In this document: in pieces, positions 24,341 to 35,200 of the stretch
How positions within the stretch are numbered: position 1 is the stretch's first letter
Layout of the letters: each line of letters begins with the position of its first letter
Made by a program: the position numbers and the translations under genes
Assembly (NCBI GenBank): GCA_030704615.1
Contig: CM060734.1
Span: 26,722,001-26,786,000 of the forward strand
Length of the DNA: 64,000 nt
DNA from: Takakia lepidozioides
Lineage: Eukaryota > Plantae > Bryophyta
Direction of reading: 5' to 3'
Notes under the pieces: model-generated
Told to the model about the DNA's origin: nothing
The model's input: the letters and a program-made list of their open reading frames with translations, nothing else
Databases searched by the model: none

Positions 24341-24677
24341 TGGAAAAAGGCGCAGCCAGAAGATGTGTTTGCGTTGATGACCCATATATTGTGCGTAGCG
24401 GAATTTAAGTGTTTGCTTTATTTGAGCATCAGTTGCAGCCGTGGAGTGCCAAAAATAATTGGAGAGTTTGTGATGGAGTGTTGTGGATAGAGTCCATTTT
24501 TTAATGTGTATTTTAGTGTGGCTCATAGAAGTTCGAGCTTGTTGGGTGGCTTCCTTAGTGAGAGTGGTGAGGAGGTTAGGCTTAGGGTCCGGTGGGTTGG
24601 GGATCGGATGGATCAGCCAGAATGGATGGGTGTGTGCTATGTGTATAGGGTCATTGGTGGGTTCCTCTGAGGGCTCG

Positions 24678-25065
24678 AGAGCACCGTTTTGAGCGAGTAG
24701 GTCAGCTGCCTCATTTCCAGTGATACTGTGTGAGCGGACTTTTAAAACGTGGATGGGTTGATCTATGGCAACTGCTAGGTTGGCTATGACGGCGATGAGA
24801 TTCCAATCAGGATGGTGGTGATGTGAGGAGGGGCAAGCAAGGTGGTTACGTATAAGGAAGAGCGATGTAAGACTGTCAGTGAAGATATAGTGGGGGGGGG
24901 GGGGGGGGGGAGGAGGGCAGATGGGAGAGGGCTAGTATGGCCATAGCTCCGCGCGGAGTATGGTGGCCGGACCGGGGAGCCTGGCGGCTGTGCCCTGGTC
25001 CGAAGCAGCATGAAAAACGCCATATCTGGCATTAAGTCCTGTTTGGGAACCGTCAGTAAAGTGTG
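24678..25065 (-). other. RNase H domain of LINE ORF2
   Basis: FTDGS, TILRAEL, YIFTDSL, KVRSH, GNEAADLLA; all four acidic catalytic residues present across a frameshift. Confidence 0.9.
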
Positions 25066-25199
25066 AGTGAAGCGGGGGATATTTGAGGGGCAAAGGTTGT
25101 TGAAATGGCGGGGGGAAGTCGGGTGTAACTGAGGGGGCGGTAGGGGGGTGTGGCGGCGCTTTAATCCATGACTTGCTGAGGTTGATTTTGGTTGCATGG

Positions 25200-25510
25200 G
25201 TGGGGATTGTCTGGCAAGCGTTGGTGGGTAAGTATGAGTATGGTGGTGGATGACGGGGAGGCGTGTGCCGCAAAACATGCCCATTGAAGGGCTTCTTGAG
25301 AGTGGAGTCCCGGGGGGGGGGGGGGGCTAGTCCCCCGCCAGACCATGTGTGTTGGGTGGCAGAGCCTGAGGCCCCGAAGATGCAGTCTCTAGGGTGAGGA
25401 CTGGCGAATGATGTGAGGCTCATAGGACAAGTAAGCGGGTTGGAGTAATAAGCGTGGGTGAGTTGGAAGGAGGTGATGAGGAGGGCGAGTATATCCTGAG
25501 GTAGAACACT
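25200..25510 (-). other. PCIF1/CAPAM-like N6-adenine methyltransferase-like domain within LINE ORF2; catalytic motif degenerate
   Basis: LPQDILALLITSFQLTHAYYSNPLTCPMSLTSFASPHPRDCIFGASGSATQHTWSGGGLAPPP then, after a frameshift in a C homopolymer, EALQWACFAAHASPSSTTILIL; resembles the PCIF1 core as I recall it (LP..VF..L...F....CFASPLNC....YCSAFP..D..FGS.G....SGSFEANPPF). Confidence 0.6.
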
Positions 25511-25980
25511 GTGGGCATAGGCTTGGGAGAGTTTGGTTAGAGATCGTGGCTTTTTGGGAGGGGTGTCCCGAGGGTAGCGGTCAAGAAGTAACATATCTCG
25601 GTAGCAAGTCCTGCCGAGGCGGGTGTAATTGATTGGGGGCGAGGGTTTGGGAGGAATATTGGGCCCACAGCCAAGCGACTCTATCATTGGGAATGAGGCC
25701 AAGAAAGCAACCGTTGGTAGTGTAAATGGAAGACAGTCGGGTGCCGGTAATTATGGCAGATAGGTCCCTAAGAATGTCTTTATCTGGGTTACATTCAGCG
25801 ATGTCAATTTTAATATGAGTGGCAGGCAATGGCCTAGATACATGTCGGGTGTCTTGGGTCTGGGTTTGGGAGATGTGTTGTAGATGTGTGTGTGTGAGAT
25901 AGGTGGTGTTGGTACGTTTATAGAAGGCAGTAAGAAGGGTGAGGTTGTGGTCAGGGTCGCAGTCATCATGCGAGCCAAAG

Positions 25981-26123
25981 AGGTCATCCTCAATTTGCCA
26001 AGTGTTGTCGTCGTGTGGGAAGCCCGCCCATTTGCAGAGGTAATATGTGTCTAAACAGGTGGCACCAAATGAGTCTATGGAAGCCTAGGATTTGATACCA
26101 AGGATGGCTTCAATGATAAAGGC
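25981..26123 (-). other. Chromodomain within LINE ORF2 (one in-frame TAG; absent from the ORF track)
   Basis: Manual translation: AFIIEAILGIKS*ASIDSFGATCLDTYYLCKWAGFPHDDNTWQIEDDL. Confidence 0.85.
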
Positions 26124-26670
26124 ATTTGGGTTGGTGGGGTGAGTGGGGGGAGGGTGGGGTAGGGTGGTGAGGACCAGGGGAGAATTTGGGGGTGAGGGGA
26201 GGTGGGTGTCTACCTCGGGAAGGGACCCGTTCGGGGATAGGGGTGGTGGTTGATGGTCGATGGATGGGGGTATGGTATCGGTGTCATATGAGGATTGAGG
26301 GGAGAGGTTGGTGGGTGGTGGGTTCGTGGGGGGTCATTGTGGTAGAGGCTCGGAGCCATTGGAAGATAGAGGGGGCCGGGGCAGACCTGAACATCGGGAG
26401 TAAATCTTGTGGATTGTGTGGGAATAGTCGGCACGGGAGATCGCACTCCAGGGTGCATGAGATAGATGGGTAGCAAAATAAGGTACGCAAGTAAAGGAGG
26501 AACCGACAGGTCTTAACAGTGGCTTTGGAGTATTTCAGAGTGAATTCGCGTGGGGTGATAAGCTTGGTGCCGGTGGCGGTGGTGAGTTAGGAAAGGTTAG
26601 TAATATGCTTCTCCTTGAAGTATTTGAGGATGTCTCTTTTCTGTCATGGGTGGGCCGCTTCAAATTGTGT

Positions 26671-29329
26671 TCAGAACGGACTAGAGGACCAGGAGATTTC
26701 TAATGGGGATACATTGTTAGGATATCTTGGCAGATCTGTTTGGAGGCTAATATCTGGGAGGGAGAATGGGGCAGCATGGAAGGCATACTGGATTTGTGGT
26801 TTTAGAACTGATTGGGTGATTGCTAGTTTGGGTCTGATGGGAATAGGGGATTTGAGAAGTGCCAAACTTTTGTTAGTGAGCTTGGTAAGTGTGGTAGATT
26901 TTTGAACGTTCCAATTGAGTGACGGGACAAGCTGTATACCTAAATATGTATAGGGTTCGTCTGGTCCTAAGAAGGGGAATGGGCTGTTTTGATATTGTAT
27001 GTAGAGTTTGCAATGGGATTCGATCGCGGCGCGGGTAAGCTTGATGTGATAGGTGGCTGCTGTGACTGCGCATTTGTGAAGGCTGAGTTCCATACCAGAC
27101 CATTGGTTAAAGCGAGACAATTTGTCAACTTGGCGGTTAAGGTGCTGGGGCTTATGGGCAAGGATGGCCAAGTCATCCGCGTATGCGGCAGCTGTGATTA
27201 CACTTTGGGAGGTTGTATTGGTAACCAAGATTACCTCGAGCAAACCACCGTAGTAGTGGTTCCAGAAAAATAATGAATAGGTAGGGGCTAAGGGTGTCAC
27301 CCTGTATAGTGCCGCGTAGTATAGGGATAGGAGGAGTAGAGCCATAGTATGAGTCAAAGTATTTTGTGGAGCTATCGGTATATATATCCCTGATAAGTTG
27401 GATAGAGTCTAGTGGGTACCCTAGGTCAGTCATAATTGCAAGGAGTCTGGCATGGTCTAAGGATCCAAATGCATTCTTAAAGTCAATGTATAGAAGGTAG
27501 ATGTCTTGCTTAGTGAGCTTGGCATCCTCCAAGGCTGAAAGTACATACTAGATTTGTCTGGTTGTACTGCGAGTGGCACGGAATCCTTCTTGGGGGTCGC
27601 TGAGAATGCGATGTTGTTCACCGTAGTTGGATAACATTGTGGTTAGCATGCTTGTGAAAAGTTTGTAGATGGTGTTAGCCAGGGCTATAGGGCGGGAATT
27701 GCCAAGGTCCGTAGGGTCCCCCTTCTTGAATAGTAATATGGTACGACTATGTTTCCAAGAGCGTGGTATTCGTTTCAGTTGATAGCAAAGTTTGAAGAAT
27801 TTGAAGAGAAGAAGATGGAGCTGAGGCTCTAGGGATTGGAGGATTGCGTTTGGGATGAGGTCCAGGCTAGGGGCTTTGGATTTAGATAGGGCTTTGAGGC
27901 AGGATTCGTAGAGGTCGATTGTGAAGAGGTCATGGATGCGGTCAAAGGGGGAGCCGCGTCGGTCCAGTGTAAATCCATCTAGGTCGTGCCATGGGTAGTG
28001 TTTGACTTTACACATGCAGGTTTGGTTTTGATGAGATGGGTGTAGACAGTTAGTGGTGGTAGGCGTGTATGAGGTTGAGGCTTGGATCCAAATTTCGGTT
28101 TTGATGTCCGTAGGGTTGGATAGAAGATGTCCATGTCGGTGCTTGAGGCAATCAATGGGCGGGTTTATTGCAGGGTTGAAGATGGCTTTATGAGCTTTTT
28201 TGGGATGGTCATGTATTGTTGATTGAAGGAGGTGACGATTTTTTTGTGATTTTTTTAGGCTTTTTGTTTGGTTATCCGATAGGCAGCTTTTTTGGAGTCC
28301 CTCCCAAGTTTGGATAGGGCAGCAGCCCACATAGGTACAGAGGCAGGGTCCACTAGGGGGGGGCATGAGGGTGCGACATGCAGGGATGTTGTTTAGGCTG
28401 CTGATGCGTGGGTCAGATCGCCAGTTATTGTATGGTAGGGGCAATGAGGTGTTGGGTATGACGGTGAGGGCACGACGCACAGTGTGATAGATGTTCAGGT
28501 GGGAGTTCCATGCCCATTTTTGAGTTCGAGTGAGGCAACCGCCACTTTGTTTTGAGCGAGTAGTTTGGGGAATATCAGGGGGAGCAGAACATGTGGCAAG
28601 GACGCTAGTTGTCATTTCTTGTAGTAGGGAAGATAGTATGCGTTCGGCATCTAGCCAAGTGGTCTCAAGGGAATGCGATAAGTTGGTGTCATAGAGGCTG
28701 TGGGATAGTTGAAGCGTAAGGATGGAAGCCGTCGGGTGGAAGTGGTTGTGAAATGCATTGATGTTTTGTTGGTGTAGAGGGGAAAGAATCCGAGGTTGGA
28801 GGGTGGGGATTTGGGCCATTGGGATTGGTCGGATGGGGATGAGAGATGGGGGAAGGGTGATGGAGACTGGGTAATGGTCTGAGTTGCACAAACTATCAAT
28901 GTGTATGTGACTTCGGAGGTAGGTAGGTATGCTATTGTGTGTGTGGAGGTAGAAACCGTCAATAAGGCTTAAGGATGAGTAGTTGAGGCTTCCTTGCCTT
29001 GAGTAGTGGTAATCTGATGGGATATATGAGAATCTGTGTTGTTGTATGAACTTGGCCCATTCATGGTCAATGGGGGAAGGGGGTTTTGGAAGGCCATTAA
29101 ATGTATGTCCGAGTAGGGCAATGTCCCGGTTAAAGTCACCGGCTAGTATACAATGGCTGTTCAGATTTTCGGGATGCGAGACAGTGTTGGAGATAGTTAG
29201 CAAGATATCTGGTATGAGCCCTAGGTCATCTGTATGGGATGACATGTATAAGTGAATTAATGTAATGGGGGTGACTGGCAGGAGATGGAGTTGTATGATT
29301 TGTAAATGGGAGCGGAGGGGGATAGACAC
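26671..29329 (-). pseudogene. LINE AP endonuclease plus reverse transcriptase
   Basis: ORFs 27548-29329, 27173-27532, 26671-27357: SRPIALANTIYKLF, QEGFR, IDFKNAFGS, RGTIQGDTLSPYLF, AAAYADDL, YTYLGI. Confidence 0.95.
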
Positions 29330-29372
29330 AGGTGGTGTGGGGGGAGTGATGGGATTTAAGGATACCGGAGTG

Positions 29373-31923
29373 TGTCAAGTTATTTGACCACTAGTGTGAA
29401 ACTTGCTAGGAAATAGTTAGTTTTGATATATTGACATTTGGGATTGACCCAAGTGTCAATCCAGGGGCCAATATATGTTTGGGCACTTGGCGTTGTTATC
29501 TTCACGGCAGATCGCGGTGGGCTCATCTTTCTCGAGTTGAGCCTCACCGCGTCTAGCTATGGCGCCATAGTGTCGAGTCCCCATGGCGTGGGGTGCACTT
29601 GGCTCGACTTAATATATGAGTGATGTTTTCATGTGCAAGTATGTGAGTTTGAGAGAGCTTGTGTGCTTGTATCATTTCTTTCTTTATCACTCGAGAAAGA
29701 TCAGCTCGAGTTTGTGAGTGCCAGGTTCGAGTTATAAGTTGTAGCACTTGTGTTTTCAGATCATGAGAAGCGGTTCAGCCTAGAGTGCAAGGATCCGTGC
29801 ATGAGCCTATCCAAAGCGGATAGAGTAGAGTGCAACAAAGGCAAACATGTTCAGGTTTGCAATGGATAGAGAGGCGGGGGTAGCATATGTGAAGAGCGGC
29901 GTTGCATAGCTCAACGCTATGGCAACCAAGTTTGGGCTTCTAGTGTGAAGCAGAGGAGATGCTGGCCACGAGTGGCGAACTGGTGGTCGTCTTCTTCAGC
30001 TGCAGGCCGAGTTAAGGAGCTGCAGAAATGTGGGCTGCGCATGGGAAGCTAGCATGTTGCAGGTTGGAGATGATATAATCAGTTCCAGGTATCTCTGCTC
30101 GAAACTAGTTGTTGCGGGTAGATGAGGAGCAGCCGAATAGTGGAGCTGCAAGGGGATGCATCGCAGCCTGTTGGGAGCTTCAGCTCCAAGCTCATGAGGA
30201 GGTATGAGTGAAGAGAGGGGGCTGGTCCCTCTTGTGTGCAAATCAGTGCACTTGTGAAGCATGTGCTTGAGTTGGAAGTTTTAATCTGAAACTCTAGCAC
30301 GGTGAGGGCTCTTGGACATCGAACGATGGGTTCACCCTTTGAATCAATTTCGATTGACCTGATACTCCACACGTACCTCTGACAAGGTATGGGGCTGGAA
30401 GGGCAGCAACAAGGCGTCCTAGAGCCAGGGAATGTGCCGTAGAACTGCAGGTACACCAAGGTTGAAAAGGTGTGTATTTTCAGATTTGTTTTTGTGAGCT
30501 TCATGAAGAAAAAAGAGCTTGTTGGGCAGCATATAGCTTGCTGGTTGAGTTAGGATGCCTCTGGTGGGTCGTGAGAGCACAAGAGAGCATGGCAGCAGTC
30601 TGGTGGCTTCGCAGAAGCCATAGCTCGGCGGCAGCACGTGCAGGAGCAAACCCCAGCTCGGGGAGAGCTCGGGAACGCGTGGGAACGCCTCGGGAATGCA
30701 TGAGAACTCATGGGGAGTTCCAGGGAGCGTAGGGAACAGTGGCTGTGATGGGCCGTGGGGGCGGTATCACGAGATACCACGAGCCCAGGCCGTGACTGTT
30801 GACCGTGACCATTGACCGTGACCGTGGAAAGCCGTGGTGCGGACACCACGGGTGGGCATGGTGACCAGATGTGGGGGATGGGCGGCCATGAAGGCTCGTG
30901 GGCGTGGTACCACGGGGTATCACGAGGCAGCCAAAAAAATAAATAAATAAATAAATTTCACTCGTTTCGTGGGACCTTGATGGGGAGGCTGGGCTCTGAA
31001 GAACAATGGTTTTGAGCTAGCTGATCCGGCAGAAAAGTCGAAATTGCCTCCCTGTTGCATTTTAACAAAGGAGATTACTTCCCTGTAGGTAATCTTTTCG
31101 GGTTTTCAGCCCAATTCTTAACTATGGGGGAGACCAGCCTGCAGGTAATTCCTTTGGACAGAATGTTGTTGGGGCCTATATGTACCTCTATTTGCTCCAT
31201 TTTTGAACCTTCAGTGAATGGCGTGGTTTCCTGAGGTGGTTCCATTATGAGGGATGGCTGGTGGACGTAAGGAGGCACTGGCAGACCCTGTGGAGGCTTG
31301 CATGGGGCCTTCGAGGCCAAGTTTCATGAGCTCGTGGAGGGCGGTTTGAGGAGTGTGTACAGGATGCTCTCATGGTCATGCAAATGAGAGAAGAGAGGAA
31401 AAAAGAGGGTGTGGGGATATGAGCGTGCTGGGGATAGGCATTGCTTTAGCTTCCCTTCCTCATAGCTTCCCACCTTCTCTGTAGGCCGAGACCTTTCCGT
31501 AGGTGGAAGCAAGAGTCAGTCCAGGTTTAGGCTGGGGTGTCCTTGCAGGAGCAACACAGAGTTGTTTTTGGTGGGGGGGAGTTGTTGTTTTCATTCTTGT
31601 GTTTGGACCCCATCCACACCTGCGTGCTTGATTGTGCGCCATGCTAGTTTTGTGTGGGCGCTTGATTTTATAGGTGGTTGACTTGGGCTTGATCGCTGAT
31701 CCAACCCTAGAGCATGCTGTCGATGGTGAGACTGGGTTGATGACCAGTCAGACCATCTTTGTTTCTCATGTGGTGAGATTGGAGGTGATGACCAGCCAAC
31801 CATGGGAGTGCCTACGGTGGATGCAGGTGCAGGTGCAGGCTATGTTAGGAACCCTAGTATTCCAAACCATAAGCACGCATCAGGTTCTCTACCCGGATAC
31901 CTGTGGAGAGGGGGTTAGAAACA
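29373..31923 (+). mobile_element. Putative long 5' LTR/leader of copy A
   Basis: TG start, blocks homologous to 45458-48414, similarity breaks after ..GGGGTTAGAAACA; no second LTR in the window to confirm the end. Confidence 0.45.
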
Positions 31924-31959
31924 GGTTCATGGACGCGGTTGAAGTGTCAGTTGTCAACA

Positions 31960-33700
31960 CGGAGGTGCCACTAGTGTGGGGAAAGTGCGGTACAAGCACT
32001 AGCGATACTAGCGGGTATACGAGACGAGGTGTGCGGTTTAGGCCACCTTCACCTCTTGTGTTTTCTACGGAAGGTTCTGGTTCGGATTGTGAATCAGGAG
32101 GACTCACACCGGCGGCGCCAGTTGTTTCCTTGCCATTGTTGTGGCAATGGAGGAAATGTATGGAGCTACGAAGTTACTCTGGGGCGGTGGGCACCATTGA
32201 GTGGATGATTTCATTCAAGAGTTTGATAGTTGGTGTGACTTGCAACAAATGCGCAATCCACAACTATTTACGCCTTTCATGGCATGGAAGGGGCTGTTTC
32301 AGCACCTTGAGGGGCCGCCCATAGATGATTACCATGAGTTTAGGCGGGGGCACGATGTTGAGATCGAGGAGTGGAGGATGCATTGGTCACCAGACTATGT
32401 CTCCATCACTAGAGGCACAAGGGCAGCAGCCACACCGGCAGCTGCAACAACAGCTTCCATACGCAGTAGTGGGACTAGTGGTAAAGCAACTACGACATCC
32501 ACCCAAGCTACTGCTGCACCAGCACCAGTGGCTATGCCTGCCTTCAACTCTGTTGTGGAAGTTCTTCGAAGAGTTGAAGAAAAACTACCAGGGGTGAGGA
32601 CAGAGAAGTTGAGGAGCTTGCAAGAGTTCCAATGGAAGCCTACTGAGAGCTTAAGGGAGGCTTTCACTCGCATGAGGTGCTTGATCAATGTACCCCAAGG
32701 GGTTACGGAAGCTCAGGCAGTCCAATTCTGGTACGGGATATTGGACAAGGAATTGAAGAGAAGGGTGCGGGATGCAACTCTCCTACAAGCGGCCCAACCC
32801 ACCTTAGCAATGTGTTTTTGCTGGCAGAGCGGATAGAGCTCAACATGGTGGAGAACGAGTGGTTCATGGGTGGGATTTGTTAAGGAGACACCACGGGGTA
32901 GTGGTGCTCTTAGCCAGCCACTACCTCAACAGGCTCAAAGCAACAAGGGGGCTCAGGTGAAGCCCAGGGAAGGACAGAGAGGACCTCAGATGCAGGGGTC
33001 TCTCCCTTCATTTGTAAGCCAACAACGGGCGGATGTGGTGTGTTGGACATGTGGAGGACCCCATGTTAAGAAGGATTGCCCAGAGGGAGGCAAGAGGCAA
33101 TGGTTGGCATCGGATAGCTTGCACAGTTGCAGTGTGGGCATTGTGGCAAGTACGGGCATGGAGAGGCCCAGTGCTATGGTTTGCATCCTGAGTTGGCGCC
33201 AAGGTCAGTTCCAAGGGAACAAGTGGTGGCGGGTGGCGAGGTGGAGCAGCCCAGAGGACGAGGACGAGGTGGCCAGGCACGAGGTGCAGGCCAAGGGCAA
33301 GCTCAACTTGGCCAGGGACGTGGAGGTCAGGGTGGTAACCAAGGCATGACAAACCGGCTTCAGCAGCTAGAGCAGAGGCTCGCTGCCATGGCTACAGCTC
33401 AGGTGGTACCGGCTCCAAGGCCGGATGGTCCACCTCCTACTCCTGAGGGAGGAGACATGGGAGGCATGGGATTCATGTGCGGGGCAACACTACCACTAGT
33501 GAGGGTGCCATTGCCACTACCACTATGTATGGGCCACCACTTACCACTAGTGAATGGTGCCACTATCACTACCACTGTGGGTGGGGCACCACTACCACTA
33601 GTGCCAGACAACACTACCACTACCACTATGTGCGGGCAGGAGCACTACCACTAGGCAAGTGAGAGGCGCGGCAGAGTGATTCGAGGAGAGTAGCACGAGT
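31960..33700 (+). pseudogene. gag: gag of copy A, frameshifted
   Basis: DDFIQEFDSWCDLQQMRNP, Q..TESLREAFTRM, knuckles CWTCGGPHVKKDC and CGHCGKYGHGEAQC. Confidence 0.85.
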
Positions 33701-34734
33701 TCCTGAGCCACGAGGTGGCAGAGGTGGAGTGGGATCCATAGTGTGGGGAGGCAAGCCGTCAGGCCAGGCTTCCTCAGTCATTCACATTGGCGGAGACAGT
33801 GTCGACGCTGTCCATAGCACATAGTTTTCGCCCGACTGTTACCGAGGCGGAGGTTACTATGCCATTGGGGAGAGCTAAAACGGGCAGCACCACTACCTAG
33901 TGTTGCCAAGGCTACGGAGCTAGTGTGCTGCTGGGGGCGGCCACAGCTGTGTGCCAGGCTCCATTGTTCTCGGCTACCATGATTGCGACACCGGGGGTAA
34001 GACCAGCTGAGGTGTTCAGGCTGGCAGCTACACTCTGTGAGAGTGATTGATGTTGGGCAGAGCTGCTATTGCAGGCTTGGGCCTCACGGAGGTGGATATG
34101 GAGCTGTGCATTTTCCAGATACAGACATCTTTGGGAGGATCAGAGCAGGCTCAGGGCATGACACGGCGTGAGTTGGCTATCCGACTACAGCCGGATCATC
34201 CTACACTTGGCTCAGTGATGAGAGCCAAGGCCATTGTGACAGAGGTGGTCTTGTACGATGTCCTTGTTGGTGGGGCAGTGTTGTACCTCATGGGCTTCAC
34301 CCTGGAATTTTGGGAGGGGATTCAGCTTCCTATAGGCCTGGATGACAGTCAGGGGAGGGCCGGCCTGTGCAGCTCTCTGTGACGTTCATAGGAGGAGGTG
34401 CGGTTGCCTAGTGAGGCAAGATGCCGACACAGGCAACATTCACAGCTGGAGTGAGTTGGCCTGGAGAGTTGCTTGAGGGCAACGCTCATTCAGAGGATGT
34501 GTCATCTCCGGGAGAGCAGGATGACATGTATGGTATGGTGGAGTTGCCTGCCATGGTTGCTCACACTCCATTGTGGGGCTCGAGCAAGGATTTGCAGCGG
34601 GTGCTGATCGACGGGTGCAACAAGCCTGAGAAGAGGCGTTTGTACTGTCAGGAGAGGAGGAGAGTGCGGGGATTGCACCAGGTCCACCTCAGTTGTCACC
34701 ATCGGATACCACACCGATTGTGAGGCAGTAACCG

Positions 34735-35200
34735 GATGAAGGCATTTGCCTTCTGGACTTGTTGGGCGGGCTCAGCACCGAATTGGCTGCTGTTCTGCAA
34801 ACAGCTGTACGAGTTCGACGTTACTTGTATGTGGAGAGGAATGAGACTGCACGATGCGTCTCACTCCGTCATGTTGCTTAATTTGGTGCAAGCAGTAGTA
34901 CCTGAGTTGTTGCCGATGTCTGCAGTTCGTGGATATCAGCAGGCCTTGCCGACAGACATTTCGTTGCTGGGGGCGCAGGATTTGGAGCGGGTTGGCTCCA
35001 TTGATCTGGTAGTGGCAGGTTGGCCCTGCCAAGGGCATTCATTAGCCGGGCATGACAATGGATTGCGAGACTCGAGGTCGGGTCTGTTTTCGGAGATGGT
35101 GCGGTTTTGCGCCACTTACAACACAACAGCTTCATCAACTGTATCTCCAGCATACATCTTGGAGAATGTGCCACTGATGGACGATTCTCAGGCCAGGGTG
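34735..35200 (+). pseudogene. DNMT3-like C5 cytosine methyltransferase, motifs I-VI, copy A
   Basis: Manual frame from 34681: GICLLDLLGGLS..YLYVERNE; ORF 34736-35320: PTDISLL, IDLVVAGWPCQGHS.AG, RSGLF, YILENV. Confidence 0.9.

Larger units (their letters stand above)
23477..29372 (-). mobile_element. Non-LTR retrotransposon ORF2 and 3' end, dual-endonuclease (Dualen/RandI-like), decayed
   Basis: APE (ILAGDFN, SLIDGF, NSDHYPV), RT, chromodomain, methyltransferase-like domain, RNase H, CCHC/RHN, restriction-like endonuclease, structured 3' UTR and (TC)n tail at 23477-23493. Confidence 0.9.
29373..35200 (+). mobile_element. Ty3/gypsy element carrying a cytosine methyltransferase, copy A (5' LTR-like region, gag, partial protease, partial DNMT); 3'-truncated
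   Basis: Begins TGTCAAG at the LINE breakpoint; colinear with copy B through LTR-like region, gag, protease and DNMT. Confidence 0.85.
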
